Assembly (NCBI GenBank): GCA_052426225.1
Contig: JBNJNM010000021.1
Span: 248,001 to 312,000, forward strand
Origin: Zancudomyces culisetae HAW-14-8
Lineage: Eukaryota; Fungi; Kickxellomycota
Direction of reading: 5' to 3'
Length of the DNA stretch: 64,000 nt
The notes below the pieces were generated by a model that was given only the letters and a program-made list of their open reading frames with translations, was not told the origin of the DNA and made no database searches. Positions 36,790 through 47,748 of this stretch are shown here, piece by piece (the stretch's first letter is position 1; each line of letters starts with the position of its first letter). A program made the translations under genes and the position numbers.

Positions 36790-37296
36790 ATGGTACAGCA
36801 CAAACATACAATGTAAGTTTAAGAATATTTTTTATCCTTTATATAATGGATAGGGCGGGAGGGATAATATCAGGGTATGATGTGCACCAACTTGAAATAG
36901 CTTATATTTGACTTTATGTAGAGAAATCATTATTCCGCTCAAGACACACGAATATGCAAATATCGTAAAAAACAGCCTGGAGGCTGATGCAGAAAAAAAC
37001 GGAGATATTATAACTCGAGATATAGTGATTGAAGAACAGAGTAGCGACCTGAAAATGTGAGTTTTTTCAAATTCAATTTTTAATATCACTTTTTATGTAT
37101 ATACTCATTTTACAACAGACAAAAAAAAAGAAAAGAGAAGAAAAGACATATTGAAGCAAACGGGGAGTTAACTGTATATGGTCGGAATTGAAATAGAACA
37201 TATAGCAGCGCGAATTTAAAGTTAATAAGAACAACAGCGAATTCTGTGTTTGATTTAGTCTCGGTGATTACTGAGACAATTAAAGTATTTGGCTAG
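36790..37296 (+). CDS. PCC1: KEOPS/EKC complex subunit Pcc1 (LAGE3), 3 exons; alternative in-frame ATG at 36751
   Basis: MVQHKHTIEIIIPLKTHEYANIVKNSLEADAE...ITRDIVIE...LKITYSSANLKLIRTTANSVFDLVSVITETIKVFG*. Confidence 0.85.
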
Positions 37297-37571
37297 GATA
37301 GATTCTTTGCTTTTTTATATATATTAGACTACAGTTTGGTTTTAATCACATCAAATCTTGCAAGCTGCCAATGTACTTAGGGTATTTTTTTTATTTTTTT
37401 TTATTTTTTTGCTGGAGGATTTTGGACTTGTACAATTTTACGAGACTGAAAAAAAAAATTTTTATATTCCTTATTGTGTAAGACTGAATAATAATTTAAT
37501 TGTATTAAAATGGTTGGGTTTAGTTTAGTGTTGAATATTCGTAAATAAAAGCTATACAATAAAAGAGCGGC

Positions 37572-38039
37572 ATGGAAAAGGCAAAGACAAAATTGGAAGA
37601 ACTGTACGAGATTGAGTACAAAATTCGCGAGGTCTTGGATATTGCACAACAGATTTTAGAGAAACAAAGTAGTTGTGGGTTAGGAAATCTAGAGGCTGGA
37701 GGGCAAATACAAACGGAAAAAGGCAATCTTGATGATGGAATGAGTGTGGGGGTAGGTATGGGTGTTTTGGTAGACATGTATGTTCAAAAACTGGAGGAAA
37801 TCAAAATAGGAATATGTAAAAACTACAAAACAGAATATCAATACTCGAATGAGCCAAGCGGAATTATGAGCAACATCCAGCCTCGCCAGCAATATTCACA
37901 ATCCCAACAGCAACATATCCACGGTCAAGGTAGAAGAAAAAGAGGAGATATCTTAGCGGAGAAGGAAAGACAGTTGGAGAATATTAGTATGGTTCTGGAA
38001 TTTATTTATAAAAACATACCTGTAGAAAACAATGAATAG
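37572..38039 (+). CDS. Small helical protein, possibly Mediator subunit Med11
   Basis: 155-aa ORF; N-terminus KLEELYEIEYKIREVLDIAQQILE resembles the first helix of Med11. Confidence 0.45.
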   Translation: MEKAKTKLEELYEIEYKIREVLDIAQQILEKQSSCGLGNLEAGGQIQTEKGNLDDGMSVGVGMGVLVDMYVQKLEEIKIGICKNYKTEYQYSNEPSGIMSNIQPRQQYSQSQQQHIHGQGRRKRGDILAEKERQLENISMVLEFIYKNIPVENNE

Positions 38040-38154
38040 AAAAGTACTGTATAATTTAGTGTAAGATTAAGTTGGTAAATAAAAAATTAAAAACTGAGAA
38101 AATAATAAAGAAACAACTTAAAGGAAGTGGACATAGTCGTGTATTTGATTTAAG

Positions 38155-41100
38155 TTAGTTTAGCTTTTGTTTCTTGTTGTTATTTTTGTTGCTCTTCTTT
38201 TTGGTTTTGTTTTTGTTCTTGTTTTTGTTGTTCTTTTGAGAAGGAAGGGAACGCTTTCTGGAGTTAGAGGGGGTAGAAGTAGAGGTAGAAGATTTGGTAA
38301 GCAAGGATAAAATGTTGTTAGAGTACTGGAGAACAGATGAGTTGTAGTTGTGTTGTTTCTGTTGTTGCTTTTCTTTGGCAAATGAGAGGAAAGACGTGAT
38401 TGCGGATGACAAAGGAAGAGTGTCAAAGGAAGGAGAGGTTGCAGGTGAGGAAAAGAGAGGTTTTAGGATGAGGTAGAAATGTTTTAAAAAGTAGGAAATA
38501 TGTAGGTTTGAAAGGTACTGGGAATCTGTGTTGGGAAGGGAAAAGTGTTTAGAGAAGAGAGATGAAAGGGACGAGACAAGAGTGGAGAGTGAAGTTGGGT
38601 TGATGGGCTGGTTGAGTTTAGATAGAGATGAGTAGAAGCGGAGCAACTCGGAGTATCTGAAGGATTTGGCGAGTGTGAAGGAAGAGTAAAAATCCAAGTA
38701 TGGAGATAAAAATCCATCAAGAGTAGAAGAGAGATGAGGCGCTTTTTGGACTAGAGAAGTATAAAAGTCAAAAAGAACATTAGAGTTTTTGTTTGTAAAG
38801 TAGTCTACAATTGGAGGCTGGAGATTATCAAACAAGGATGGAGGAGAGGAGGAAGAAGGGAATTGGTTGATGCACACGGCGTAGAGGTTGGCCAGTGATT
38901 CGACGTGTTGTTTAGTGAGGGATGGTTTGGAGAGGGAAGACATTATTGTGGAGATGCATGTGGTGACGTCATCGAGGTTAGGCGATGCTTGTGAGGAAGA
39001 AAAGCTTGCCAGGCAGGAAAAGAATTTTGTAATGAGAGCCTGGTTGGGGTTTTTTTCTTTTTCTTTGAGTTTGGGAAGGAGAGGAAGAAGTTGGGAAATG
39101 AGATAGAAAGAGTGAGGGTTGATTTTGGTGGATTTGGGTGATTTGGGTGATGAAAGATAGAGGGAGACCAGATCAAGAACGCGGAGTTTGTAGTGGATTT
39201 GTATTTGTTGCAAGTGTTTTTTATTTGTTGCTGAGGCGTTTTTCTTTTGAAGCTTGAATAGTTCGGATAATTTGCTGTCGAATTGTAACATTTGATCATC
39301 ATCAAGCAACATTTCTTCCTCATCATCATCATCCTCATCCTCATCATCGTTATTGTCGTCATCATCACCTTCTTCTTCTTCTTGATCCTCTTCTTCCTCT
39401 TCCTCTTCATCATCATCATCATCATCCTCTTCGTCATCTTCGCTCTCCTCATCTTCTTGATCCTCCTCATCATCGCCATCAATATCCTCGCCGTCAATAT
39501 CCTCGCCTTCATCTTCTTGCTCGACACTGGAATCAGTGCCCTTAATAGCAGACACCAGCTCATCAATTCCTTGTTTGCTTATCTTACTGGTAATTTCCCT
39601 AAACACAAGCTGGATTGATGGTCGCAAAAAGGCTGTTTTACTGCTCAGCAAATCCACCAACACGGTAACTAGTTTATCGCTATTGTCGATATTTTCTATA
39701 ATTTCGTTGATTTCTGGATTCACTACATTATCCTCTTCATCCTCCTCCTCCTCCTCTTCTTCTTCTTGGAGATTCTGTTCCCCATCTAGCTTAGAGTCTA
39801 CAAAATCTTGGATCCCCAGCATAAACACCAACTCCTTCACCCTCTTATCTCTACCGGCGTTTTCTTCATTCTCTTGCTTTCGCTGCAAAAAGTCGATTAT
39901 AAACTTTGCCGAATTAATCTTTAGTCGTCTAGTTATATCTACCATCAGCTCCTCTTGAGCATTATTTCCGCTGGCACTAACATTGGCATTTTTGTTGACA
40001 TTTCCTCTAGCCTTAACGTTAAAACTTTTCATTAATGCACCTATTACGCTCAATAACTTTTCATAGCTACCATTTGCAACAAGCATGTCTATAACTTTAA
40101 CCAGAAACTCTTTGCTGTTATCCTGAATCTGTTGGACCTTATCAACCCCAGCTGATCGCAACTGCATCTGTGCTTGGTGTAACACCTCCTCATTAGTCAG
40201 CTTAACCAGTAACTCTACTACGTGTGTTGGTATCTTTGGTTTCTCCGCCAAATCACACTGCATCTTTAACAACTCGCGTAAAATCACCATTCGTACCTTA
40301 TCTCGGCCAAAATTTTCATTGTTAACCTTGGGCTTGTTTTTGCCCTTATTTTTAATGTTCACTCCATTGTTATTCTGAACATTCGCAGTCTGTCCATTTA
40401 GTATCTGTTTTATCAAATGTCTGTTACTAATCTTGTCAAAATCAACCTCCTTGTTCAATTCCAATGCAATCAATACTCCCAAATTCACCTCTCCATCCTT
40501 TTCGACATCGCTGCTCTCTACAAGTTCCTGTATTCTCTCTACGATTTTGTTTGCTATGCCATTCAGCTTACTCTTTTTATTTACCACTTGTCTGGCTAAT
40601 GCGGCTGCTGTATTTTTTGTAAATATACTCTTACTCAGTTCTCTCATATTAACAGCCCCTGCGATTTTCCTTTTTTCACTATTCCCCTCCAACTCTAGAC
40701 CCAAGTTCAAGTCCAATCCTGTATTTGATTCTGAATCAAGTTCTAAAACGTATTTTATCAACTGGAATCCCCAGAATTTTCTTGTTGTAGTACTTGTTTC
40801 CATTCCAAAGTATCCCTCATCCACTACTGTTTTCCAGATATCATTAAACCCTACATCTTGGCCCTTTGTTCCCTTGCTGGCTCTCTTGTTACTGGTTCCA
40901 AAATCTTCAATGATTTTATACCACACTGAATGGAAATATCCGTGATGTGGCTCATACTCACTCCCAGCTCCATGATCTGCATCCATATCTACATCCATAT
41001 CCGCTCCCTCCTCTCCTCCTATAGGCATCTGCTTATTTGTCTCGATCAATAATTTACTCAATCTATCTATATTTCTCTTGTCAAACACATTTCCGCCTAC

Positions 41101-41916
41101 CCACTCCTCCTCATTTATCTTCAATTTATATACTTTGCTGTTTTTGGATTTTGATCCGCTTTCACGCTCTCTGAGTTTCAGCTGCTTGTCCATTTCCATA
41201 TAAACCTTCAGCTCATCGCAGTTTCTAATCTTGCCTTCCTGTCCAAACACAATGCTGCTAATCACCTCAGCGACTTTTGCCAACTTTTCTTTCTGTTCTT
41301 TTTGGTCTCCACTTTTGCCACCATTGCTGAAGACAGATCCAAGTACTTTGCATATACCCTCATGTCCTGCTTCTCGAAGCCATTTTTTGTTCTCTCCCAA
41401 CTCTTTCAGCTCCATTACTACCTCTTTTATATCCTCACTGGTTGTACTTGCTCTAGTCAGCAACCCACTTGCAATTACTGCAAATATCACAAACAATTTA
41501 CCAAATATCTTGTCCCGGAGTTCTTGCCCACTCACACCACCACTGCTGCCGTTTGCTGCGGCGGATTTGCTTTCTGTCACGGTTTTCATAATTTCCATTA
41601 TTACCCGTGTTGTTACATGCTGATTGTTTCGCAGAATCTCAATCAGAACCATACAAAATCCCTGTCTTGCTCCGTCCCGCGAACTTGTCATACCCTTCAC
41701 CAATCGTTTGATCGCATATGCCACTTCGTTCGCACTCTGCTCGCTCAATTCGCTTTCAGTATATGCAACATTGTTCTTGTCACCATTTTGTTCACCCTTT
41801 TCCTCTTCGTATTGTTTTTGGATTTCGGCTAAGGCTAACACCAGGCCTTTCCCTGCCTTTATCCGCTTTTCTGCATTCAGATCGGCAAGATCCCAATAAT
41901 AACCTAGTGTTCCCAT
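38155..41916 (-). CDS. POL5: rDNA transcription/ribosome biogenesis factor Pol5 (DNA polymerase phi / MYBBP1A)
   Basis: YYWDLA...RIKA, YAIKRLVKGMTSSRDGARQGF, FGKLF...SG, KKWLRE, KFWGF, VLVDLLS, acidic tract, DDQMLQFDSKLSELFK, HYKLRVLDL. Confidence 0.92.
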   Translation of the reverse strand: MGTLGYYWDLADLNAEKRIKAGKGLVLALAEIQKQYEEEKGEQNGDKNNVAYTESELSEQSANEVAYAIKRLVKGMTSSRDGARQGFCMVLIEILRNNQHVTTRVIMEIMKTVTESKSAAANGSSGGVSGQELRDKIFGKLFVIFAVIASGLLTRASTTSEDIKEVVMELKELGENKKWLREAGHEGICKVLGSVFSNGGKSGDQKEQKEKLAKVAEVISSIVFGQEGKIRNCDELKVYMEMDKQLKLRERESGSKSKNSKVYKLKINEEEWVGGNVFDKRNIDRLSKLLIETNKQMPIGGEEGADMDVDMDADHGAGSEYEPHHGYFHSVWYKIIEDFGTSNKRASKGTKGQDVGFNDIWKTVVDEGYFGMETSTTTRKFWGFQLIKYVLELDSESNTGLDLNLGLELEGNSEKRKIAGAVNMRELSKSIFTKNTAAALARQVVNKKSKLNGIANKIVERIQELVESSDVEKDGEVNLGVLIALELNKEVDFDKISNRHLIKQILNGQTANVQNNNGVNIKNKGKNKPKVNNENFGRDKVRMVILRELLKMQCDLAEKPKIPTHVVELLVKLTNEEVLHQAQMQLRSAGVDKVQQIQDNSKEFLVKVIDMLVANGSYEKLLSVIGALMKSFNVKARGNVNKNANVSASGNNAQEELMVDITRRLKINSAKFIIDFLQRKQENEENAGRDKRVKELVFMLGIQDFVDSKLDGEQNLQEEEEEEEEDEEDNVVNPEINEIIENIDNSDKLVTVLVDLLSSKTAFLRPSIQLVFREITSKISKQGIDELVSAIKGTDSSVEQEDEGEDIDGEDIDGDDEEDQEDEESEDDEEDDDDDDEEEEEEEDQEEEEGDDDDNNDDEDEDDDDEEEMLLDDDQMLQFDSKLSELFKLQKKNASATNKKHLQQIQIHYKLRVLDLVSLYLSSPKSPKSTKINPHSFYLISQLLPLLPKLKEKEKNPNQALITKFFSCLASFSSSQASPNLDDVTTCISTIMSSLSKPSLTKQHVESLANLYAVCINQFPSSSSPPSLFDNLQPPIVDYFTNKNSNVLFDFYTSLVQKAPHLSSTLDGFLSPYLDFYSSFTLAKSFRYSELLRFYSSLSKLNQPINPTSLSTLVSSLSSLFSKHFSLPNTDSQYLSNLHISYFLKHFYLILKPLFSSPATSPSFDTLPLSSAITSFLSFAKEKQQQKQHNYNSSVLQYSNNILSLLTKSSTSTSTPSNSRKRSLPSQKNNKNKNKNKTKKKSNKNNNKKQKLN

Positions 41917-43060
41917 TTCCTATATTGGTGCTCTTTTTTTTTGATATTATTCTATTTCTATGAAAACTAGCGGTAAAAAAAACTAATAAACTAAACTATC
42001 TAACTGGATGTAAACTTTACCACACTATTCAGTATTTGTATTGATATAAGTAATATACTTAATTATGTTCCTATTTACAAGTTATATTCTCTTTGCATTT
42101 AGTGCTTTGGTTTTATTTTTTTTGCAGTCTCAGCACTGTATATTCTTTACAATGTATTTTTTTTATTTTAAAAAAATTTTTTTTTTTATTAATTATGATT
42201 TCTCGAATCAATCAATAGCTCGAAAAAATTTTTTATATCACAATTCTGTAAATTACAACATCAAAAAGAATGCCTAATTTCTGGAGAAAAAAAACAAAAA
42301 ATCGAGAATAATGGGTGGTGATTCAGAGAAAAGAGGAAAGAGGGTGATTGGTTTTTTTCCTTCAAAATCTCGATTCAACCAAAGGGAATTTTAACTGATG
42401 TTAAAAAGATGCAAAAGCCCCCACCCCACCACACACTCAGGCACACTCCCGCACACCCCCCCATGAGGTTGCATATTTTCATCTTCATCCTGAATCAAGC
42501 CTATCGAATTATGTTCATCTAAAAAAAAAAGCATTCGTTTATACCACCTGTAATTTGTGCGTTCTTGTACATGCATTCCACACTTCCAAAGATCAAAAGA
42601 TCGCTTGTGATAGTTATATTAAACTATGGCTTTTGAAAAATAAACAAAAGCAAACCTGCAGATTCCTATCCAGGTCAAAAATTAGTGCAATTTCTGTTCA
42701 AGAAAAGCACAACTAGATTGCATTCAATCGATCACATATTACACTCAAAAAAGTACATTAGAATAATAGTTTACCACAACACACGCAAACTGTAAAAATT
42801 ATTATAGACACAGAGTTTCAAGACAAAATAGCGAAAAGCTTTATTATGCAAGCAAAGTAAAAATACAAAAAAGCCAAACTATCAAATTCTATTATTATGC
42901 ATCTACATAAGAGTTGACCAACTGATCATGCATCATCAGGACGAGTTTCTCTAGATCTATGAATACACACACAAAAGATACATTAGAATATTGCTATTGT
43001 GATGACTGCAATCTGAGAGCAGATCCACGCTAATCAAAAGCGAGTGTTTGTTGAAGATAA

Positions 43061-43146
43061 ATGATCAGAAAAGGATGTGGTAAGCAAAAGTTTATCAATC
43101 ATAAGAATCAGTAGCAGAACTGACTGGTTTGGATTTCATCATTATT
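43061..43146 (-). ncRNA. snR61: C/D box snoRNA snR61/U38 homolog (LSU rRNA 2'-O-methylation guide)
   Basis: ATGATGA...CAGTTCTGCTA-CTGA(D')...ATGATT...CTGA, flanked by a 13-bp inverted repeat TTGTTGAAGATAA/TTATCTTCAACAA; guide complementary to LSU 'AGCAGAACUG', as in U38. Confidence 0.85.
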
Positions 43147-43431
43147 ATCTTCAACAAGACCGCTTTTTTTGGCCTGGTTCGCCAGAATCCGTCTCCAAAT
43201 TTAAAAAGCAATGAAACTTACAATTAAACCCAAGAACAGCGAATTAAAATCAGCATGCAACCCACAACCAAAAGTAATCAGAGTCGGCACAACATGACTT
43301 GTAAAGACAACTCTATCTTCCAGATTTGTGCAATTGACAACCTACTAGCAATAACGATTTTGTTAATAATCAGTTTTGTTCAGATAAAACAAAATAAAGT
43401 TTTCAAAATCTGGAGATAACCAAAAGATACA

Positions 43432-43510
43432 CAGATCAGATGGTGATGCATGTTGTTAATTGTATAATTCATGAATTATCATTAAAAAACTTGGTTAATA
43501 TATCATCTTT
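43432..43510 (-). ncRNA. snR55: C/D box snoRNA snR55/U33 homolog (SSU rRNA Um guide)
   Basis: 3' end CATGCATCACCAT-CTGA, as recalled for yeast snR55, complementary to SSU 'UGGUGGUGCAUG'; variant C box GATGATA; flanking stem GGAGACCAAGGGATAC/GTATCTTTTGGTTATCTCC. Confidence 0.8.
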
Positions 43511-43832
43511 TAGTCGTATCCCTTGGTCTCCAAATAACAAAAATATAGTATACCAAATCAATCCAAGTAATTACCTTGTAGCACTTCGGATTGACTAGAG
43601 ACTCTCCCAGATTCACAAAATTACACTTCAGCACAAAGTATAAAATCATGTACAGTATGACAAACACATATTTAAATGTTTGCTTCAACTATGGATCACA
43701 TCCTACAAATTTAACATCATAAATAATACAGATTAGATTCAGCATACATACGTTATAACAGAAATATAACCGGAAAAGGTCTCACACAAACACACATCCA
43801 ATTCAGAGAAATTGATAAAACGATTTAATTAA

Positions 43833-43935
43833 TTGATCAGAAACGAGGAATTCCATTTATCTCAAAAGTACTGTTAATTTTTTTGAATTTCATTTATAAA
43901 TAAATTTACATCAAAGTACTCTCTTCATCATCAAA
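43833..43935 (-). ncRNA. snR57: C/D box snoRNA snR57 homolog (SSU rRNA Gm guide)
   Basis: ATGATGA...GGAATTCCTCGTTT-CTGA; guide complementary to conserved SSU 'AACGAGGAAUUCC'; terminal stem TTAATTAATTTGA/TCAATTAATTAA. Confidence 0.85.
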
Positions 43936-45161
43936 TTAATTAAAAAAGAGATAACATGTCTACCTTAGACAATGTGTGCCAGAGTGAAGTAGGTAGAAGC
44001 AAAGTTCTCCCCCCTTTCCTCTCATCTTTCACGCCAAAAAAACAATATGCTATAATAAATACATCAACTCACCTTTTCATCTAATCAATTTGAAGAATGC
44101 GCTCCTCCCTCTTAAAGCCACTTGAAAGCAAAAGGAAAGTCATATCGCAATAATAACAATACACTCACTCCTTCTGCCCTTGTGCTCTCATGGTTTCCTG
44201 CGATCTCAACCTTTTACGGATACAGACAGTACCTGCCTCTACCTGGTTAGTTCAGATAATGTAAAAGTATTTCTGGAAACTCAGCTTATTTAAGTATAAA
44301 AAAAAATGGAAAAAATTTTCCAAAAATTTTTTTTTTCCAGTCTCAAACATGGAGTAGGGGTTAAAACTGCAGCTCCTGGCATCTCGAACTACATACTCGA
44401 ATGAAAAATTGGTCAAACAGCCAATTACCAAACCCATAAAAAAAATTTTTTTCGTACTCTTTTCTGCTTTTATTTATTTCTGCAGTAATCAATCAGCGAC
44501 AAAGAAAGGATCCAAAATGCTAACCGAGATTTTTATGACTGAACGACTAAACTTGTTGCTTTCATGTCTCTTCAATCGCACCACAGTCCCCAACGAATCC
44601 TTTTTTTTATATACAATGGGTAGTATGTAATATACTCGCACAGTTTGCTGCACTTTTTTACCATCTTGATTTACTCGACTTGCAGAGTTGTCCCCATTAC
44701 CCCCATCGTTACTTGCTTTTTTTGACTTTTCTTTACATTTTCTGGAAAAAAAAAAAGGCCAACTATGATTTGCCAATAAATCGAATGTACTTATCGCCAT
44801 CATGATAAAAATTCAAAAGCGATAAAAACAAAACTACCATGATTTTGAATATCTTTTTGGTGTCTTGTAAAAAAAAAAATGAAACCAAAATTAGCGCGTG
44901 GTAGATAGGACGGAAAACTTTCAGCTTTTCCTAAGCAAGCAAAATCAGGGCATAGGCACAAACAAATATCGCATGTATCCAACCTACTCCGTTAGTTTCC
45001 TCTCCTTCCAATAATCACACGCTCAATTCCTCCCAGCTATTATTTTGGCAATAAAATTTTTTTTATTATTCGCTTTATCATATTGTAGATTTTATATTGT
45101 AATCATACTACAAAGTAAAAACTGAAAAAACACAGAAAAAAAAGAAAAGCAATTAAGGAAA

Positions 45162-45458
45162 ATGTCTGCCACCCAAAACGCAATTAGAAAAGTATCACCA
45201 TTCTACCTACTCACAAGGTATGGAGCTCTTGGATTCGGTATAGCTTACGGATTCGTACACGCAAGAACTCTTCGCAAAGAAGCAGAGCACAAGAGAGATT
45301 TAGAAAGTTACAATAAGAAAGTCCAACTCGTCGAACTGGCCAAACAAGAATATTCTAAGAAGAACGTGGTTCAATCCAACTCTACCACCTCCCAAGGTTC
45401 AGTCAATTTCGAGGATCCAAATTTCAATGCCGAAGAATGGGCCAAAACCCTTGCATAA
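45162..45458 (+). CDS. TIM11: Mitochondrial ATP synthase subunit e (Tim11/Atp21)
   Basis: VSP...RYGALGFGIAYG (GxxxG transmembrane helix), coiled coil, C-terminal EDPNFNAE. Confidence 0.88.
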   Translation: MSATQNAIRKVSPFYLLTRYGALGFGIAYGFVHARTLRKEAEHKRDLESYNKKVQLVELAKQEYSKKNVVQSNSTTSQGSVNFEDPNFNAEEWAKTLA

Positions 45459-45985
45459 ATATACCTAATCGATATTTCGAGCAGTGAAAACTGTTATGAT
45501 CACAATAGCGATGGCGAGCTCAAATACACGGGCGAAAACACACACGCACACATAAGCACAACTACTTTTATTTTACACTTTCTTGAGCAACATACAGATT
45601 AATCTCTGTTCTCGGTTACTTTTTTTTTTGCTATTTTTCTCTGTTTTGCCCCATCATTAAATTATTTAGTTATCCTGTTTATGCTACATAACATTTTGAC
45701 TAAATAAAAGTTTAATGTGAATAAAAAAAGGCGTCACCATGCTTTTACTTTGTTAGTTTTAGGCAATATACCCAAAAAAAGTACACCAATAATTCATTTA
45801 TTTGAAGGAAGGGTGGGGAGAAACGTGACACTACGTTGCGCAGAGTGTAACAGATTTCATCATTCATATGAAGATGATGGTATATAAAACGCCTGATATT
45901 TATATTTTATAGGTGAGAAAAGGGAATAGTAGCAGGAACAAAAATGAAGATAGCACTGAAAGCTGTCCATCTAATACAAAACAAG

Positions 45986-47445
45986 TTAATCTAGATAACG
46001 TTTAATGAACTCAAAAGATTCAGGCGATATCGTCTCTAATGGCACAACACGCACATCAAAAGTGCTAGAAAAACACGATACAACGTCATCAATGACTCTG
46101 GTTGTAGAAATGTCAGTTATGATGCTGGCTGCACCCTCAATACCCCGGCCACTTTGCTCTGAAAAGGTGTATCCGAGCTCCTTGGCCAAAGATGTCGCTG
46201 TTTTACCCACCAAGCCACAAGGTACGATTTTTCTAAACATTTCCAAGTCTGTCGAGCAGTTCAGTGCGATCCCATGTGATGTAATGTATTTTTTTACATG
46301 ACATCCTACATTCAGAGTTTGCGAGTTCGTTAGTTGTGTGATGTGTCAATACTCTGATATATCTCATCAACAATAAACATATTTTGGCCCAAAAAAAAGT
46401 AAAGTAAAGTAAAAAAGGAAACAAATAGACTAATAATCAAGGAATTACCTGTTGCCGCAATTTTAGTGGACTCTGAAGTCCAAACACCTGGAAATCCACT
46501 CTGTTTAAAACTCGGTACCCCATATCTTTTGCATACTTCGATCACTGTATCTTCAAGCTTGTCTACATAACATCTAACGCCTAACTATTGAACATATATT
46601 AAAGCCAAATTAGGCGGAATCCAATTTATAACCTTTCCTTCACTCGAACAAAAATATTTCTTCAACCATTATGAAGCGTTCTCTTTGAATATCAGTATTG
46701 AACAATGACCTTTCCAGGACACACTTACCTTGAACTTTTTTAGATCGAGTATTGGGTATATTACCAACTGACCTGGCCCGTGGTATGTTATCTCCCCGCC
46801 CCTCGGTGCCTATTTTTGCATATAGCTCTTATTATTTAACTTTTTCGTTAATTTGTGGTCCTATACTGCCATCGATTTTTTTTCGTATATGAGGCGTAGT
46901 ATAAGCCAAGCCAACAATAAAAAGTACGAGAGAAGAGGAGGCGAAAACATATTTAAACAACCAGAATAAAACTAGAATACCTCATAGTACTCCGCGCCGA
47001 TTTTTGAAAACGCTTGCAAATCATTTTCTGACAGTTTTCCCCTGTTTCTAATGCCATTCGTGTAGACTGGATCATGCTCAACAAACAGCAAAATCTCTGT
47101 TTTTGCCAGCTCGCTCTCTTTTTCGTTTGAAGTCCTTAACTTTACAATTTCTGCCTGTAAATCCAAGGCCTTTTTATATCCCACCTTTCCCAAATCTATA
47201 TACCCAACATTAATTCGCTCAACTCTGTTACGACTCAAACCACATGAATTACCGCTCTCTTTTGTTGTTGATTCTAACCTTTTGGGAATATCTAGTTTAT
47301 TTACATTTTCTTTTAAATCCCACACTGAGCTTTGAATGTTTCTAGTGTGTATTCTTGCAATCTTTATTTTCAGGTTTGAGTTTCGATACATATGATTTCT
47401 CGCATTCTCCACAAATGAGCTTGAAATAATACTTCTCACCACCAT
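45986..47445 (-). CDS. LIP2: Mitochondrial lipoyl(octanoyl) transferase LipB/Lip2, 4 exons
   Basis: [37 protein letters not shown]...[20 protein letters not shown], joined through GT-AG introns. Confidence 0.93.
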
Positions 47446-47748
47446 CCTTTTGTATTTAAAAACTTTAAATTCTAGACTCTATATCGCTTGCGGGGGGGGT
47501 ATATGTGCTCTTTTTTTTCCAATCTTTATACTCTGGAATCTTTGGTGTACCCAGTTTACGGTTCTTACAGAATGGAAAAAGTGATAATTTTTCACATATC
47601 ATCAGCACCATGCAGTATCCAATGATTTTACAGTCCAGGTTTTTTCTGATCTCTTTAAATGCAATTTCCAAAACTAAGCAGAACATTATAAAAAATACGA
47701 TGTAAACACCAATGGAAAAAGCAAACAGAAAAAAGTATGGAAACTATC

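Larger units (their letters stand above)
42900..44230 (-). ncRNA. Spliced non-coding snoRNA host transcript (ends approximate)
   Basis: Donors near 43962 (AAG|GTAGAC), 43574 (AAG|GTAATT) and 43220 (ATT|GTAAGT); acceptors near 43703, 43342 and 42957. Each intron holds one C/D snoRNA; exons lack a credible ORF. Confidence 0.65.

Noticed and set aside
44489-44803. 104-aa minus-strand ORF upstream of the snoRNA host
   Set aside because: No family resemblance and spans homopolymer runs; more likely promoter or non-coding sequence
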